Shown here: one piece after another, positions 46,086 through 46,678 of the stretch
Position numbering within the stretch: the stretch's first letter is position 1
Layout of the letters: each line of letters opens with the position of its first letter
NCBI GenBank assembly: GCA_038824665.1
Contig: JAWBBK010000004.1
Span: forward strand, 1 to 46,678
Direction: 5' to 3'
DNA from: Acidilobaceae archaeon
GTDB lineage: Archaea; Thermoproteota; Thermoprotei_A; Sulfolobales; Acidilobaceae
DNA length: 46,678 nt
Notes under the pieces: generated by a model
Told to the model about the DNA's origin: nothing
Seen by the model: only the letters and a program-made list of their open reading frames with translations
The model's database searches: none
Program-made: the position numbers and the translations under genes

Positions 46086-46503
46086 TAGCCGTCACCTCTT
46101 CAAGACCTAGAACATCATAAGGACAGAAAGCTACACAATAGCCACAGTGAAGACATATAAGGGGTTTCTCGTTTTCTTCATCCCAGAGCACTGCACCTAT
46201 ATCGCAAGCTTCACGACAGTTGCCGCAACCTATACACCGGGATATGTTCAAAACTACCCCTCCTCCGGTTCTGAGCGAAAGAGCATCAACTGGACAGACC
46301 CTAAGACAGGGAGGGTCTGGACAAGCTCTACAAACAACCACTGCAAAACCTCTCTCTATTCCTCCTGCAGACCTCACCAAGATCCTAGACTTTCCAGGCC
46401 CCACATAGCCCAGACGAGAGCTACAAGCAAGCATACAGAGCTGACAACCTACACATTTGTTAGAATCTACAACACGAAGCCTCACTGCCAAGGTCTCACG
46501 CAT
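46078..46503 (-). CDS. Multi-[4Fe-4S] electron-transfer subunit
   Basis: Four Cys clusters: CVGCQLCMLAC, CRAC...C...C, CIGCGNCREAC, CLHCGYCVAFC. Confidence 0.93.
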   Translation of the reverse strand: MRETLAVRLRVVDSNKCVGCQLCMLACSSRLGYVGPGKSRILVRSAGGIERGFAVVVCRACPDPPCLRVCPVDALSLRTGGGVVLNISRCIGCGNCREACDIGAVLWDEENEKPLICLHCGYCVAFCPYDVLGLEEVTASG

Positions 46504-46601
46504 TCATTAAAGAGCCTAAACAAACGGAACCTAATTTATATATTGTTTTTTTGTATCGGCACACTCAGCTAAGAGGTTTCAGATCAAAGATAGAGATAAC
46601 T

Positions 46602-46676
46602 TTAATAACTCAAACTAGGAGACTTCCAGAGCCTCTCAGCTGACCTGACTATATACGTTGCGTGGTCAGCTATTCT
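46602..46676 (-). CDS. phoU: 3' end of PhoU-family protein (partial)
   Basis: Reads (E)RIADHATYIVRSAERLWKSPSLSY*; ERIxDHA is the PhoU motif. Confidence 0.75.
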   Translation of the reverse strand, partial: RIADHATYIVRSAERLWKSPSLSY

Positions 46677-46678
46677 CT

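Noticed and set aside
45-46572. Short antisense or alternate-frame ORFs (e.g. 45-272, 14164-14523, 27146-27643, 38931-39314, 46147-46572)
   Set aside because: They overlap well-supported genes, are Ser/Leu-rich shadows, and have no motifs
46638-46671. Hairpin agctgacc...ggtcagct
   Set aside because: Lies within the PhoU coding tail; no independent support for an RNA element
1-46678. CRISPR arrays, tRNA/rRNA, transposases, integrases, defence systems
   Set aside because: No periodic repeats, cloverleaf motifs or diagnostic ORFs seen; intergenic gaps are all short

Overview
Gene-dense stretch of a crenarchaeal (Thermoprotei, most like Desulfurococcales/Acidilobales) chromosome; the taxonomy is inferred from gene content and protein style. 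It is almost all housekeeping. Translation and RNA genes: aIF-1A end, RIO1, KH/Dim2, class II LysRS, Trm5, NOG1, RtcA, Nob1-like PIN, RqcH. Transport and regulation: a PurR-like regulator with a nucleoside ABC importer and SAM hydrolase, feoAB, MscS, Fur, NikR. Metabolism and other: Lhr helicase, split MetE, aconitase X pair, Tmk, a glycogen operon, a tungsten AOR with its Fe-S subunit, and the end of phoU. I see no tRNA, rRNA, CRISPR or mobile element. The most interesting signals are: (1) a multi-TM protein fused to what reads as a fully inactivated HerA/VirB4-like ATPase, divergent from Lhr; (2) several genes that appear to need non-canonical starts (two clear CTG cases, plus ATA/ATT candidates); (3) two intergenic box C/D sRNAs missed by the ORF track; (4) a perfect 6-16-6 inverted repeat at the nikR start; (5) all nine convergent gene pairs overlap at their 3' ends. 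All family calls come from motif recognition by eye, not database searches.
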